64,000 nucleotides of DNA from Bdellovibrionales bacterium. Lineage in GTDB: Bacteria > Bdellovibrionota > Bdellovibrionia > Bdellovibrionales > UBA1609. The position numbers and the translations under genes are program-made. The notes beneath the pieces were generated by a model. That model saw nothing but the letters and a program-made list of their open reading frames with translations, was not told the origin of the DNA and searched no databases. Each line of letters opens with the position of its first letter. Positions within the stretch are counted from its first letter, which is position 1. Location: positions 1,696,001-1,760,000 of the forward strand of contig OZ241877.1 in assembly GCA_965203095.1 (NCBI GenBank), given 5' to 3'. Below, piece by piece: positions 9,494 to 19,034 of the stretch.

Positions 9494-10210
9494 ATGCCAA
9501 AAGAACAAATATGGACTTGCTTACATGAATTAAAAGTTTTGCTTATTTACGAAAAAATTAAAGTTGGAGAAGATAGACATGAACTTTGCGAAGAGCTATC
9601 AGAAGATCCCTGCTTTGTTGAGGAAGGCATATCTTACAGTAGCATCAATCTGAAGATTGGGAATATTGAATGGTTGGATACGGAAGGCAAAAGAGGGCTT
9701 CATAATGTGTCAAACTTAAATAGGGAGGTATTTGAAAAATATAAAAATACTTCCATTAAAGAATTGGAACAAATAATAAAAGAAAAGGAAGAGGGGTTAA
9801 ATATGAATGAAGACGAAATTAAGAAAAAGCAAATATTGGATTTTTTAAGAGAGCATCCAGGGGAATACTTTGGAGCTGGCGTTATTGATAGAAAGCTGGG
9901 TTTTGATCCGGGCTATAATCATTACCCTACACACAGGCTTTTACAAGAACTATTGGCCGAAGGGCTTTTAGAGCAAAGACATGGTTCGGGATTCAGGATA
10001 AAAAATCCAGATAAGAGCAAACCCTCTTCTTGTTCTCAAGAAGAACCAGAGAGGAGTCCAAAAAACGACATTGAGCTTTTGCTTGAAAATAAAATCATTG
10101 AGCTAATAAATGATAAAAAATTCAAAAAGAAATATGTTTCTATTTATGCTACAGCTATTAAAAATTTAGCTGAGGCTTTGGAAATAATAAAAAGAATAAA
10201 ATCACAATAA
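9494..10210 (+). CDS. Hypothetical protein, module A + module B + helical tail
   Basis: N-terminus homologous to 8259-8585. The middle (ILDFLREHPGEYFGAGVIDRKLG...GLLEQRHGSGFRI) is homologous to the B modules. Confidence 0.75.
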   Translation: MPKEQIWTCLHELKVLLIYEKIKVGEDRHELCEELSEDPCFVEEGISYSSINLKIGNIEWLDTEGKRGLHNVSNLNREVFEKYKNTSIKELEQIIKEKEEGLNMNEDEIKKKQILDFLREHPGEYFGAGVIDRKLGFDPGYNHYPTHRLLQELLAEGLLEQRHGSGFRIKNPDKSKPSSCSQEEPERSPKNDIELLLENKIIELINDKKFKKKYVSIYATAIKNLAEALEIIKRIKSQ

Positions 10211-10233
10211 CTTATAAACAGCCAGTGTGATTT

Positions 10234-10620
10234 TTGAAAAGGATTTTTAAGAGCGGTATTGTAGTCGGCTGGTCCTTTGGTATGAGGGAACAAAGTGTGG
10301 ACTCTTCATCAATAGTCATTATAATAGCCTTGTATTTAATCAAAAAAACCTTTAACATTAAGGTTAAAAGCAGTATCAATCCTTACTATATTGTTTCTTT
10401 TCTTAATTCTGAGTATGGTCAAATGCAATTAGAAAGGATATCCAGTGGTTCCATTTTACAGAGTATCCGTTCGTCTGATCTAAAAAAAATAAAAATTATT
10501 TTACCACCAAAAGGAACACAAGATTCCATAGGAGCTAAGTTAAAAGAGGCTGTCTGTATTTCCTCATCTATGAGGAAAAACATAAAACAGGCAGAAAACG
10601 ATATATCTCAATTATGTTAA
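10234..10620 (+). pseudogene. C-terminal fragment of a restriction-modification specificity (HsdS-like) subunit
   Basis: INPYYIVSFLNSEYGQMQL...GSILQSI...LKKIKIILPP..TQ..I is the TRD-end/conserved-region pattern. There is no credible N-terminus and no hsdM/hsdR in the window. Confidence 0.65.
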
Positions 10621-10733
10621 AAGTTTAAATTTTTTAAACCGATACTCTTAATTTTTACAAAAAAAAAATAAACCCTGATCAGTATATCATTGGATAGTTC
10701 CATAGGTGTTTGAAGAGTTTTTTATCAATATTT

Positions 10734-13406
10734 TTATTTTTTCTCAAAAAGGTTTTTTAGTTGAGAAAAGTTTGAAGGTTTGTATTTTTCATACTCTTCT
10801 TGTTTAACATAGAGAGCAGTAAATTTAATCTTTTTTTGGGATAGATTTGCATCCTCACACCATTGGTATAACCGTTGGATCTTTTCTATATCATCTAAAT
10901 CTTCTCTTCCTTTGGTTTCCACAATGCAAACTTCCTTTTCAGATACTTTTATTAAAAAATCAGGGTAGTAGTCTTTTATTTCCCCATTGGCGTTTTGGTA
11001 GTCTATTTTAAAATGGACAGAAAAATAATTTTTAGCATAAGAGACAATATCCTCGCAGGTTTCAATAAAGCCCGAAAACTCCAACTCAAAATGGCTGTCC
11101 CCCACGATTTTATTGAACACACTTTTTTTTGGCACAATAAAACCTTGCTCTTTAATTACAAAAGGGCGGGCTTGGCTTACTTTTATATAATCCTTAATTT
11201 CTGCCTCTCCTTTATCTACAACAGTCAGATTATTTATTTCTTTTTTAAAGTTTTCAATAATTGTTTTTGTCACCTCTTGTTCCGATAAGTTCCTAAGAAT
11301 ATTCAAATCCTCCAGTTCAATCTTTTTTGTGAAAAGATGATGGATTATAAATTCTTTTACTTTACCGTATAAAATATCATGACTTCCAAAAAGTCTTAGC
11401 TCTCGCCTTATGCTTTCTGCAAAGTATCCTATTACACTGGAGTAAGAGGGGATGAAATCACTATCAAATAAAGTTTTATGCGTGACATCACCCGATCCAA
11501 TATCCCGGAACACAATCTCTTTTTGCTCTTCATCACTAAACTGTTTTATTTTTATTTTTTTGTGAGAAAACTGGCTAATATTCAATTTGGATAAGTTTTT
11601 GTATTCTCTATAGATTCTGGGGGACAAAACAGGTATTTCAATATCTAATTTTTGAATGTCTTTTTTTGTGTTTTCTCTATCTACCTCTATAAGCAAAGGG
11701 GCTTTTGCCTCTGTACCTTCGCCCATTTGGGCTTTTTCAAGCTCCACTCCTTCATGTTTTATGGATTCCACAAAATTCATAAAAGCGGGAGTCCCTACAA
11801 CGCTGACAAGTTCTGTCAAGTCTTCCTGCTCCCCATACATTCTTCTTAATCCTCTTCCTAAGGTTTGCTCTGGTAAAATATTGCTTTTTGCAGAATAAGC
11901 CCGGAGGCCCACAATGGTTGTCACATTTTTAACATCCCATCCTTCCTTCAACACTAAAACGGAAACAATAGCCTTGTAGGGGCTTTTCCAAGTGTCAATT
12001 TCATTAGCGGCTTTTCTTAAATCTGACAGTTCTTTTTCTTTTTTACCTGTGGCTTTTTCAAAAAGTTCCCCATTGTTTTTTGTATGAATGGTAAGAACAG
12101 CGTTTTTTAATTCAGGATAGGTTTTTTGCAAATACTCATTTACATCATCACAATTCCGGGTATCATCCGTCATAACGAACAGGATGGATTTTTTTGTGTT
12201 TTTAAGTCTCTCATAAGTTTTCTTCCATTCCAAAAAGCCCAAGTGAATATAGTCTTTATACTTTTCAGTAAATTTTATAGTTTGGTATTCCTGTAATTTG
12301 GCACGGCTCGCCTGATCAGGCAAAACCGGATGCTTTACAACATTTTGTGCGATGGCTTCTACTAAGGGATAATCGGATACAGTTTGAACAAAAATGCCTC
12401 CGTTATTATGTTTTGGTGTAGCCGTCACATCAATTTGAAGGGATAAAGATCCTCCCTTTATTTTCATTTTATTATGAATATCCTCAATAGCTTGAAACCA
12501 AGCCAGCCTTTCGTCATGAATATGATGGGCTTCATCATTAAGGATCATCAGCTCATCAATGTTTCTTACAATTTCCCCTAAATTGACTTTGGAATCAGTT
12601 GTTTTGAGGACAGGTTTCTTGCCAAGGAAATAATCTATAGTGTTTTCGTCTTCAGGACTGGGGTATTGCTCTTTACTGGTGTAAATGCGATGGATATTTG
12701 TAAGAAAAATGTTTCCAGTTTTTTTAACCAAGCCAATATTATCTTGCAAGTGAAGGACAAGCTGAAAATCATTTTTCCAGTTTTGTCCTTCAAAGCCGTT
12801 TTCTGGTAAAACAGGATCTTGGAAAAATATTTTAAGCCCCTCAAAGTCGGACCGAATGCGATCTAAAACAATAATATTGGGTGTAATTATTAAAAAATTT
12901 CCCGATAGTGTAGAATTTTTCTCATAAATTTTATGAAACCAACTCCAAGCAATAAGCAAGCTCATTACCTTTGTTTTGCCTGTGCCTGTAGCCATTTTAA
13001 TTACCATTCTCAGCCAATCTTCAGGAAACTGGCCAGAAGATACAGCCCCGGAGCTATCATAGCGAATCAGATCATATTTATCTTTAGCTTGGGCCACTTC
13101 ATAAAGCCATATTACTGTTTCAATAGCTTCTCTTTGAGCAAAATAATATTGAAAGGGATTTGTTTCTACTCCCTGATTATAGTGCTTTGTTTGAAACCAC
13201 CAAGTAAGCAAAGCCTTGCTGGTAAAACTTGCTCCTTCATAATGGCTTTCTCTCCACTTTTTTACTTTGAGTCTTAGTTTATGGACTAAAGGAGGAAGTA
13301 ATTTTCCATAACCTTGTTTTCTCAAATCCTCATCTGCTGGAAACCAGCGAATCTTAGGATCCAGTATCTCATAAGGAGATTTTGGAAAATCTTTATGCAA
13401 TGCCAT
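10734..13406 (-). CDS. res: Type III restriction enzyme Res subunit (SF2 helicase + PD-(D/E)XK)
   Basis: KMATGTGKT, NDEAHH, LKEGWDV, QTLGRGLR and C-terminal YYPDFLIK...IVETKG. Confidence 0.93.
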   Translation of the reverse strand: MALHKDFPKSPYEILDPKIRWFPADEDLRKQGYGKLLPPLVHKLRLKVKKWRESHYEGASFTSKALLTWWFQTKHYNQGVETNPFQYYFAQREAIETVIWLYEVAQAKDKYDLIRYDSSGAVSSGQFPEDWLRMVIKMATGTGKTKVMSLLIAWSWFHKIYEKNSTLSGNFLIITPNIIVLDRIRSDFEGLKIFFQDPVLPENGFEGQNWKNDFQLVLHLQDNIGLVKKTGNIFLTNIHRIYTSKEQYPSPEDENTIDYFLGKKPVLKTTDSKVNLGEIVRNIDELMILNDEAHHIHDERLAWFQAIEDIHNKMKIKGGSLSLQIDVTATPKHNNGGIFVQTVSDYPLVEAIAQNVVKHPVLPDQASRAKLQEYQTIKFTEKYKDYIHLGFLEWKKTYERLKNTKKSILFVMTDDTRNCDDVNEYLQKTYPELKNAVLTIHTKNNGELFEKATGKKEKELSDLRKAANEIDTWKSPYKAIVSVLVLKEGWDVKNVTTIVGLRAYSAKSNILPEQTLGRGLRRMYGEQEDLTELVSVVGTPAFMNFVESIKHEGVELEKAQMGEGTEAKAPLLIEVDRENTKKDIQKLDIEIPVLSPRIYREYKNLSKLNISQFSHKKIKIKQFSDEEQKEIVFRDIGSGDVTHKTLFDSDFIPSYSSVIGYFAESIRRELRLFGSHDILYGKVKEFIIHHLFTKKIELEDLNILRNLSEQEVTKTIIENFKKEINNLTVVDKGEAEIKDYIKVSQARPFVIKEQGFIVPKKSVFNKIVGDSHFELEFSGFIETCEDIVSYAKNYFSVHFKIDYQNANGEIKDYYPDFLIKVSEKEVCIVETKGREDLDDIEKIQRLYQWCEDANLSQKKIKFTALYVKQEEYEKYKPSNFSQLKNLFEKK

Positions 13407-13879
13407 TATCTTTTAACCTTTGCTGTAAATTCTATTTTTAATTGTTTAACAAAATCATGAATATCAACACAAGGGATATTTTCTTTTTCACACACATCGG
13501 GAATTTTTATTTTTTTAGGGGCTTTTTGCTCTGTGGTCACCACTGTAGCATTTTCGGACTTAGCATGGGCAATCACCCAAGGGTCAGCCATAGATCTCCC
13601 TTTTGTGTGATCTACCAATCGGGAATATTTGCTCATAATCTTTCTCAAAAGTTTTTGCACATACTCATCAGGATCTCTAAAAAGATCTGAAGTTTTAACC
13701 CATTGTAAAAGATCATCATCAATTTTTTTAATTTCATTTTTAACTTCCATTGTAGCAAAAACAATATCTTTTTTACCATACTGTTTAAGCAACTCCCAAT
13801 ACCCTTTTGTAAATTGAGGCGAATAATACCTTTTCCATGGTTCTATAAAAACATTGGTATCCAGGCAGTATTTTATCAT
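13406..13879 (-). CDS. PIN-like domain protein (DUF4411-like)
   Basis: YCLDTNVFI, ADPWVIAHA, VVTTE, KIPDVC. Confidence 0.85.
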   Translation of the reverse strand: MIKYCLDTNVFIEPWKRYYSPQFTKGYWELLKQYGKKDIVFATMEVKNEIKKIDDDLLQWVKTSDLFRDPDEYVQKLLRKIMSKYSRLVDHTKGRSMADPWVIAHAKSENATVVTTEQKAPKKIKIPDVCEKENIPCVDIHDFVKQLKIEFTAKVKR

Positions 13880-15096
13880 ATTGTGCCTGTTGTTTTAATG
13901 AGATTATTCTCTATGGCTTTTTCCAGATTGCCAAGTTTCATGTCTAAAAGGTTTGAGGCTTCCCGGCCAGTCAAAACTCCTTCTTTGTAAGAGAAAAAAA
14001 CAATTTTTGTAAAACTTTCTCCATTAGCATAAATTTTTAAAAGATTAGAGTTAGGTCCGCCACTATTTTTTTTCATTTTCTTATCCCTTTCCTTCCTGTA
14101 TTGTTCCGATTCTTTGATATACTCTTTTTTAAGAGTTTCAAAAATTTGAGATTTTATAAGAGACAGGCTTTTTAATCTAACCAACAAGGCCAAACTACTT
14201 ACTTTTAATTTTGGACAATATTTGTTTATAAGTCCTTTTAACTTTTGGGCAGTAAATTGGTTTACTTTTAAAAAAGTTTTTATCTTTTTCTTTGGTAGAA
14301 GTATCTCAGCCGCTATTTGATTACAAAAAGACTCTATACTTGATTTTTTGATCTTATAGCTGGTTAAAAAATGATCAGGCACCCCAGAAATATCTAACCA
14401 CAAATGGGCAAGCTCATGTAAAAGTGTAAATAATTTGGCGTTGTTAGAATCTTTTGAGTTAATAAATACAAAAGGGGCATAGGGATCTGAAATAACAAAA
14501 CCTCTTGCTTCTTTAACCGGTATTGGGTTGTGAGAGTTTAAGTTGCCAGTGCGAGAAATAAAAATTCCTTTCCTTTCACATTGCTTGATCCATTGAGTTA
14601 AAAGAGCTTCTACATTGTGAGCGTTATCTAACACTTCAGAATATTGTCTTTCATTTCCCCAAAGGGTATGTATAATGTTTTGTGCGACTGTTTGGACAGA
14701 GGATTTAACATTAAAGGAGCCAATAAATTGAAGTTTGTTATATCCTTGTTCCTGTAAATGTTGGCTAAGCCAGGCTTGGCGTTCCTGTATATGTCTCATA
14801 AGGAATACTAAGGGGGGGCTATACTTAGGAGCTTTACCTTCTACAGTCCGAAAATCTTTGAGCAGGGGGAAATCTTTTGGAGGGTGAGGGAGATAAAAAG
14901 TTGCTAATGATCGCCTATAGATCTGTGACATTTTTTTAGCTTGTGTAAGGCTTGGCAGGCTTAAACCTTGTTCCCATTCTTTCAATTTATTTGGTAAGAT
15001 TCCTATTTTTTTTGCAACGGTATCGAGGGAGTAGTGAGATTTTTCTCTGGCCCATTTGATAACAGAAGGGGTGATAAGTGCTTGTTGCCTTTTCAT
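13876..15096 (-). CDS. XRE HTH + ImmA/IrrE-family zinc metallopeptidase
   Basis: N-terminal HTH (WAREKS...LKEWEQG..LPS), FTLLHELAHLW, ESFCNQIAAEILLP. Confidence 0.9.
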   Translation of the reverse strand: MKRQQALITPSVIKWAREKSHYSLDTVAKKIGILPNKLKEWEQGLSLPSLTQAKKMSQIYRRSLATFYLPHPPKDFPLLKDFRTVEGKAPKYSPPLVFLMRHIQERQAWLSQHLQEQGYNKLQFIGSFNVKSSVQTVAQNIIHTLWGNERQYSEVLDNAHNVEALLTQWIKQCERKGIFISRTGNLNSHNPIPVKEARGFVISDPYAPFVFINSKDSNNAKLFTLLHELAHLWLDISGVPDHFLTSYKIKKSSIESFCNQIAAEILLPKKKIKTFLKVNQFTAQKLKGLINKYCPKLKVSSLALLVRLKSLSLIKSQIFETLKKEYIKESEQYRKERDKKMKKNSGGPNSNLLKIYANGESFTKIVFFSYKEGVLTGREASNLLDMKLGNLEKAIENNLIKTTGTI

Positions 15097-17453
15097 ATTC
15101 GGACTCCGATGACTTTCATGCTATCGTTGCCAAAAATATCTACTACTTTAACAGCAATTTTCCGAGGGCCTTTTTTGCATTTGTGAAAAACACTTTTTAA
15201 TTCTATCACACGATTCTTTTTGGTCCGGAAGGATTGCCATTCGTTTTCAAAAATATAATCTCCAGTCCATTTTTCTTCTATTTGTCCTTTATCGTTTTTC
15301 ATCCGGACAATTTCTTTTTTGCTTTCAAAGTCAAAATCCACGGCCCAGTAGTCCAACCAGTCGGTCCATTTTTTTGTCAAAACTTCACGGTTGACAATGC
15401 CATGTTTGTCTTTAAAAATTTTAATGATATAGCCTTTTTCCACACAAATTTGGCTTTTTCCTTTTTTGAGAGAAGTTGCCACATTATCCAAAATATCCTG
15501 ATTATAATAGACGGAAAAATCTGTCAGTTCAACGGAGATGGCATTCTTTTTTATATGAGGTTTTATTTCAATATAAGAGACATCGTGAAACTGCACTTGG
15601 TTTTTTCCCACTGCTTGTTTGTCAAAAACTTCTTTAGGTATATATTTAAGGGCCAGGCTTATCCCTTTGGCCTTGGCATCTTCTTGAATTTTTGGGAAAA
15701 GCCCCATCTCATATTCAAAGGATAGAACATCTACTTTGCTAATTTGTTTTTTTAAAGCTTCTTTAATGATGGCGGACATAAAAAGCCGGGAGGCGGGTAG
15801 GTTAATAGGGCCGATGGCAACCAACCGTCCTGCTTTTTTTGCCATAAAATTTTTAAAGCCTTGAATTTTTTGGGCTTTATAGGCTTTAATGATGAGTTGG
15901 ATATAATCTTTTTCTTTCTCAAAAAGTTGTTTTTGTTGATCTTTTTCTCTTAAGTTTAGGTTAATGCCAATATAATGTTGCCTTTCGTATTTACCAAGGT
16001 TTAGCACTTCAAAAGCACGAAAGTTTTTGTTAGAGTTTTTTAATTCCCGTTGGATAGCAATCATTCTTTTACGGGTTGTATGAATAGCAAATTTACCAAG
16101 GTCAGAACCGATCCATTTTCTTCCTAACTTTTCAGCCACAGCACAAGTAGTTCCAGAGCCACAAAAAAAGTCCGCCACAAGATCACCTTCATTAGAATAA
16201 TTTTCTATAATTCTTTTCAATAATTTTTCTGATTTTTCAGTAGGATAGTTCCCTGCATTGTTATATGCATAAATATCCATCCAATCCGTGAAAAGAGACA
16301 CTGTATCTTTCGGAGGTATCCAATAATAGCATCTGGTTGATGAAGATTCCCTTTTGATAAATTCTTTCGTTTTTCCTGTATCTGTCCAATATTCAAATAA
16401 AGTTTTTTTGTTTTTATAATTTTTCAAATACTCTTTATAATTTTTAACAGCCTTCATAGCTCTATCCTTTCTCCATCTCCACTGTCCTTTGTTAAGCTTT
16501 ATTCCTAATAATTCATATCTCAAAGTTGGCCTATCTGCATTGTTGTAAAAATTATTCCAAGATTCTTTTGTTTCTTGCTTTTTTCTTGGAACTTTTATTT
16601 TAGTTGATTCATTTTTTGAATATAAAAATATACTGTCAGAGGATATATTGAGCTGTCTTACTTTTTCAAACTGATTTTGGATATTTTTTGTCTTTCTTTT
16701 TGCTAAAACTTCATTTCTATAATTTCCATTGCCAAATATTTCATCCATTACAAGTCTTATGTAAGAGTTCATTCTGTAATCACAATGGATGAAGAACAAT
16801 CCGTCATCAGCAAGCAAATCCCTCATTAGGGACAGTCGCTCATAGATCATAGCAATAAAAGAGTCTGCTCCTTGGCCCCAGGTATCTCTATAGGCCAGTT
16901 CTTCCAGCACATTTGGTTTTTTAGTCAGCTCCTCACTGCCAATTTCCACTTTCATAGAAAAATCCGCTCCCACATCAAAAGGCGGATCAATATAAATCAG
17001 CTTCAAACCTCCGGCCTTTTCAATCTCTTCTCTTATAGGGCCATTCTTAAGGCTGGATAAAATAAGTTTATTGTCTCCCCATATCAGTTTATTGGTCCAG
17101 CCAGCGATCTGCCTTCCCCTTTCATCAAAACTAAAAAGGTCCAACTGATCTTTAGCCCCTTCGGATTTTTTCCCTTCCGGCTTTTCCGCCCTGGGTTCAT
17201 CCACTACCTCAATCGTTTGAAAAGGCAGAACAATAGTTGTCACATCTGCCCTTTTGCCATTCCAAACCAACTCCACCTGTTTTTTATCTTCAAACAACAA
17301 AAACCTATATTTTTCAGGAAGAGCCTTTCCCTCTTCCAGACATCTTATGACATCCCCCTTTTCCTTCTCCGTCAACTCTATCTTCATAAACCCTCCCCCC
17401 TTTTTTAATACAACAAAATCATTAGAATAACAGAACCCTAAAAAAGATTCCAA
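15093..17453 (-). CDS. mod: Type III R-M DNA methyltransferase (Mod); start may be at MKIEL, about 17387
   Basis: LIYIDPPF, then an AT-rich target-recognition region, then YPTEKSEKLL and DFFCGSGTT (beta-class motif order). Co-transcribed with res. Confidence 0.93.
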   Translation of the reverse strand: MESFLGFCYSNDFVVLKKGGGFMKIELTEKEKGDVIRCLEEGKALPEKYRFLLFEDKKQVELVWNGKRADVTTIVLPFQTIEVVDEPRAEKPEGKKSEGAKDQLDLFSFDERGRQIAGWTNKLIWGDNKLILSSLKNGPIREEIEKAGGLKLIYIDPPFDVGADFSMKVEIGSEELTKKPNVLEELAYRDTWGQGADSFIAMIYERLSLMRDLLADDGLFFIHCDYRMNSYIRLVMDEIFGNGNYRNEVLAKRKTKNIQNQFEKVRQLNISSDSIFLYSKNESTKIKVPRKKQETKESWNNFYNNADRPTLRYELLGIKLNKGQWRWRKDRAMKAVKNYKEYLKNYKNKKTLFEYWTDTGKTKEFIKRESSSTRCYYWIPPKDTVSLFTDWMDIYAYNNAGNYPTEKSEKLLKRIIENYSNEGDLVADFFCGSGTTCAVAEKLGRKWIGSDLGKFAIHTTRKRMIAIQRELKNSNKNFRAFEVLNLGKYERQHYIGINLNLREKDQQKQLFEKEKDYIQLIIKAYKAQKIQGFKNFMAKKAGRLVAIGPINLPASRLFMSAIIKEALKKQISKVDVLSFEYEMGLFPKIQEDAKAKGISLALKYIPKEVFDKQAVGKNQVQFHDVSYIEIKPHIKKNAISVELTDFSVYYNQDILDNVATSLKKGKSQICVEKGYIIKIFKDKHGIVNREVLTKKWTDWLDYWAVDFDFESKKEIVRMKNDKGQIEEKWTGDYIFENEWQSFRTKKNRVIELKSVFHKCKKGPRKIAVKVVDIFGNDSMKVIGVRI

Positions 17454-17462
17454 AACAAATCT

Positions 17463-18170
17463 TTATTTTGGCATTTCATCCCAAGTTCTCCCTTCAAGCA
17501 GACGCCCAGTTTTATGTTTCCTAACTCCTCCCCATTGTTTAAAGAAAAACGGAATTTTTTGTGCAATACACTGATCTTTTATTTCTAAAACCCATTCTGG
17601 CTGAATAGATCGTGCATTCGGTCCTGATTCTCCACCCACAATCACCCAATCAATTCCTTTTAGTTTTAATCTTTTTAGAGGGCCTAATAAAGGCTCAAGG
17701 GATAAAAATTTTATTTTGGCTTTGGTTTTTAATAAATGGCCTATTCTATTTACATAATGTTTGTTTTCAACACTCACTCCCATCCAAATATTATTTGTCC
17801 ATTTTACTTGTTTAGATATTTTCTCCAAATGATCCGCTCTCTTTGTCAAGATTTGAAATTGGTGTTGAGGGGATTGATTCATAACTGAAAACACTTGTTG
17901 AATAAATGATATAGGAACTTTTTTATGAAATAAATCACTCATAGAATTTACAAATATTAATTTGGGTTTCTTCCATTTTAGAGGAATTTTCAAAGCTTGA
18001 TGGTGTAAAGTTAGATCAAAGCCATTTCTATAATTATATTGCCCCATTTTTTGTAATCGGTAAGATAATTTTTCTGCATAACAATTTTTACAGCCTGGGC
18101 TCATTTTATTACAACCAGTGAGAGGATTCCAAGTAGCCTCTGTCCATTCAATATTTGATAATGTGGCCAT
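17463..18170 (-). CDS. DUF5131 / phage Gp37-Gp68 family protein (three-Cys motif)
   Basis: IEWTEATWNPLTGCNKMSPGCKNCYAE, FVNSMSDLFH, WVIVGGESG, FFFKQWGG. Confidence 0.92.
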   Translation of the reverse strand: MATLSNIEWTEATWNPLTGCNKMSPGCKNCYAEKLSYRLQKMGQYNYRNGFDLTLHHQALKIPLKWKKPKLIFVNSMSDLFHKKVPISFIQQVFSVMNQSPQHQFQILTKRADHLEKISKQVKWTNNIWMGVSVENKHYVNRIGHLLKTKAKIKFLSLEPLLGPLKRLKLKGIDWVIVGGESGPNARSIQPEWVLEIKDQCIAQKIPFFFKQWGGVRKHKTGRLLEGRTWDEMPK

Positions 18171-18172
18171 AG

Positions 18173-19006
18173 CTATTGTTGTCCTAAAATATGTTGGGCT
18201 ATTCTAAGTGCAATTTTTTTACCTTTTAAATTACCTACAGCAAAACACAAGTAAAACAAAATACTGTTTTTAGAATTTATCAATGGTAAAGGATTGTGTG
18301 CTACACCTGGAAATATAGATCTAAGTTGTTCTAAAAAAAATCCTTTAATCTCTTCAAAAGAAGCTATTTTTTCTATTTGTCTACTTCCTGCAAATAAATC
18401 CAGTTGTTGGTTTGGTTGATAAAAGTTATTTTTCCATTTTACTGATCCAAATAATTTATTTAATTGAATGCCCAATTTTTTAGGAATCTCTTTCTTTTTG
18501 AATAACAATCTGTTTACAGCCATTGCTGGAAATAAAACCCATAAATCAACAGCTTTAGTTTTAGCTATAATGGAAATAGTGTCCCATTCCACTTCCATAG
18601 CAAAGGGATCTAAAAACAAAATAGCTCGATGTGTATTCCAGTTAGTCATTGAGCAAATCTTTTTTATATAAGTATTAGCATCTTTATTTTGAAAAGATAT
18701 TTTTTTTAAAGGAAAATCATTACTCAATTTTTCAAGTTTTTGAAATGTGCTTAAATCTTTTTCAATTAATATATATTTATCAAAAATATTTGTATTTTCT
18801 AAAATAACACGAGGAGATCCTTTTTGGAAATCATTGATAAAAGATATATCTTTATCTTCTGTAGTTTCTCTATATCCGGCACCAGCAAACGCATCAATAT
18901 AAAGAAGTTTGAATTGTTGATTTTTCATTACTTTTTCGTATGCTATAACATACTGTTTAAGGCATTCCAGTTTTTTTGTTGTCCATTCTCCACCAAAATT
19001 TTTCAT
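18173..19006 (-). CDS. tcmP: Three-Cys-motif partner protein (TcmP-like, methyltransferase fold)
   Basis: FGGEWTTKKL, YIDAFAGAG, GSP, LFLDPF. Adjacent to DUF5131. Confidence 0.85.
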   Translation of the reverse strand: MKNFGGEWTTKKLECLKQYVIAYEKVMKNQQFKLLYIDAFAGAGYRETTEDKDISFINDFQKGSPRVILENTNIFDKYILIEKDLSTFQKLEKLSNDFPLKKISFQNKDANTYIKKICSMTNWNTHRAILFLDPFAMEVEWDTISIIAKTKAVDLWVLFPAMAVNRLLFKKKEIPKKLGIQLNKLFGSVKWKNNFYQPNQQLDLFAGSRQIEKIASFEEIKGFFLEQLRSIFPGVAHNPLPLINSKNSILFYLCFAVGNLKGKKIALRIAQHILGQQ

Positions 19007-19034
19007 TTTTCCTCCTTATAAAATGTATATTTTT

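Noticed and set aside
8879..10210. Z-alpha (Z-DNA-binding) assignment for module B
   Set aside because: The N...Y and PP.W signature residues are absent. Only a generic winged helix is suggested.
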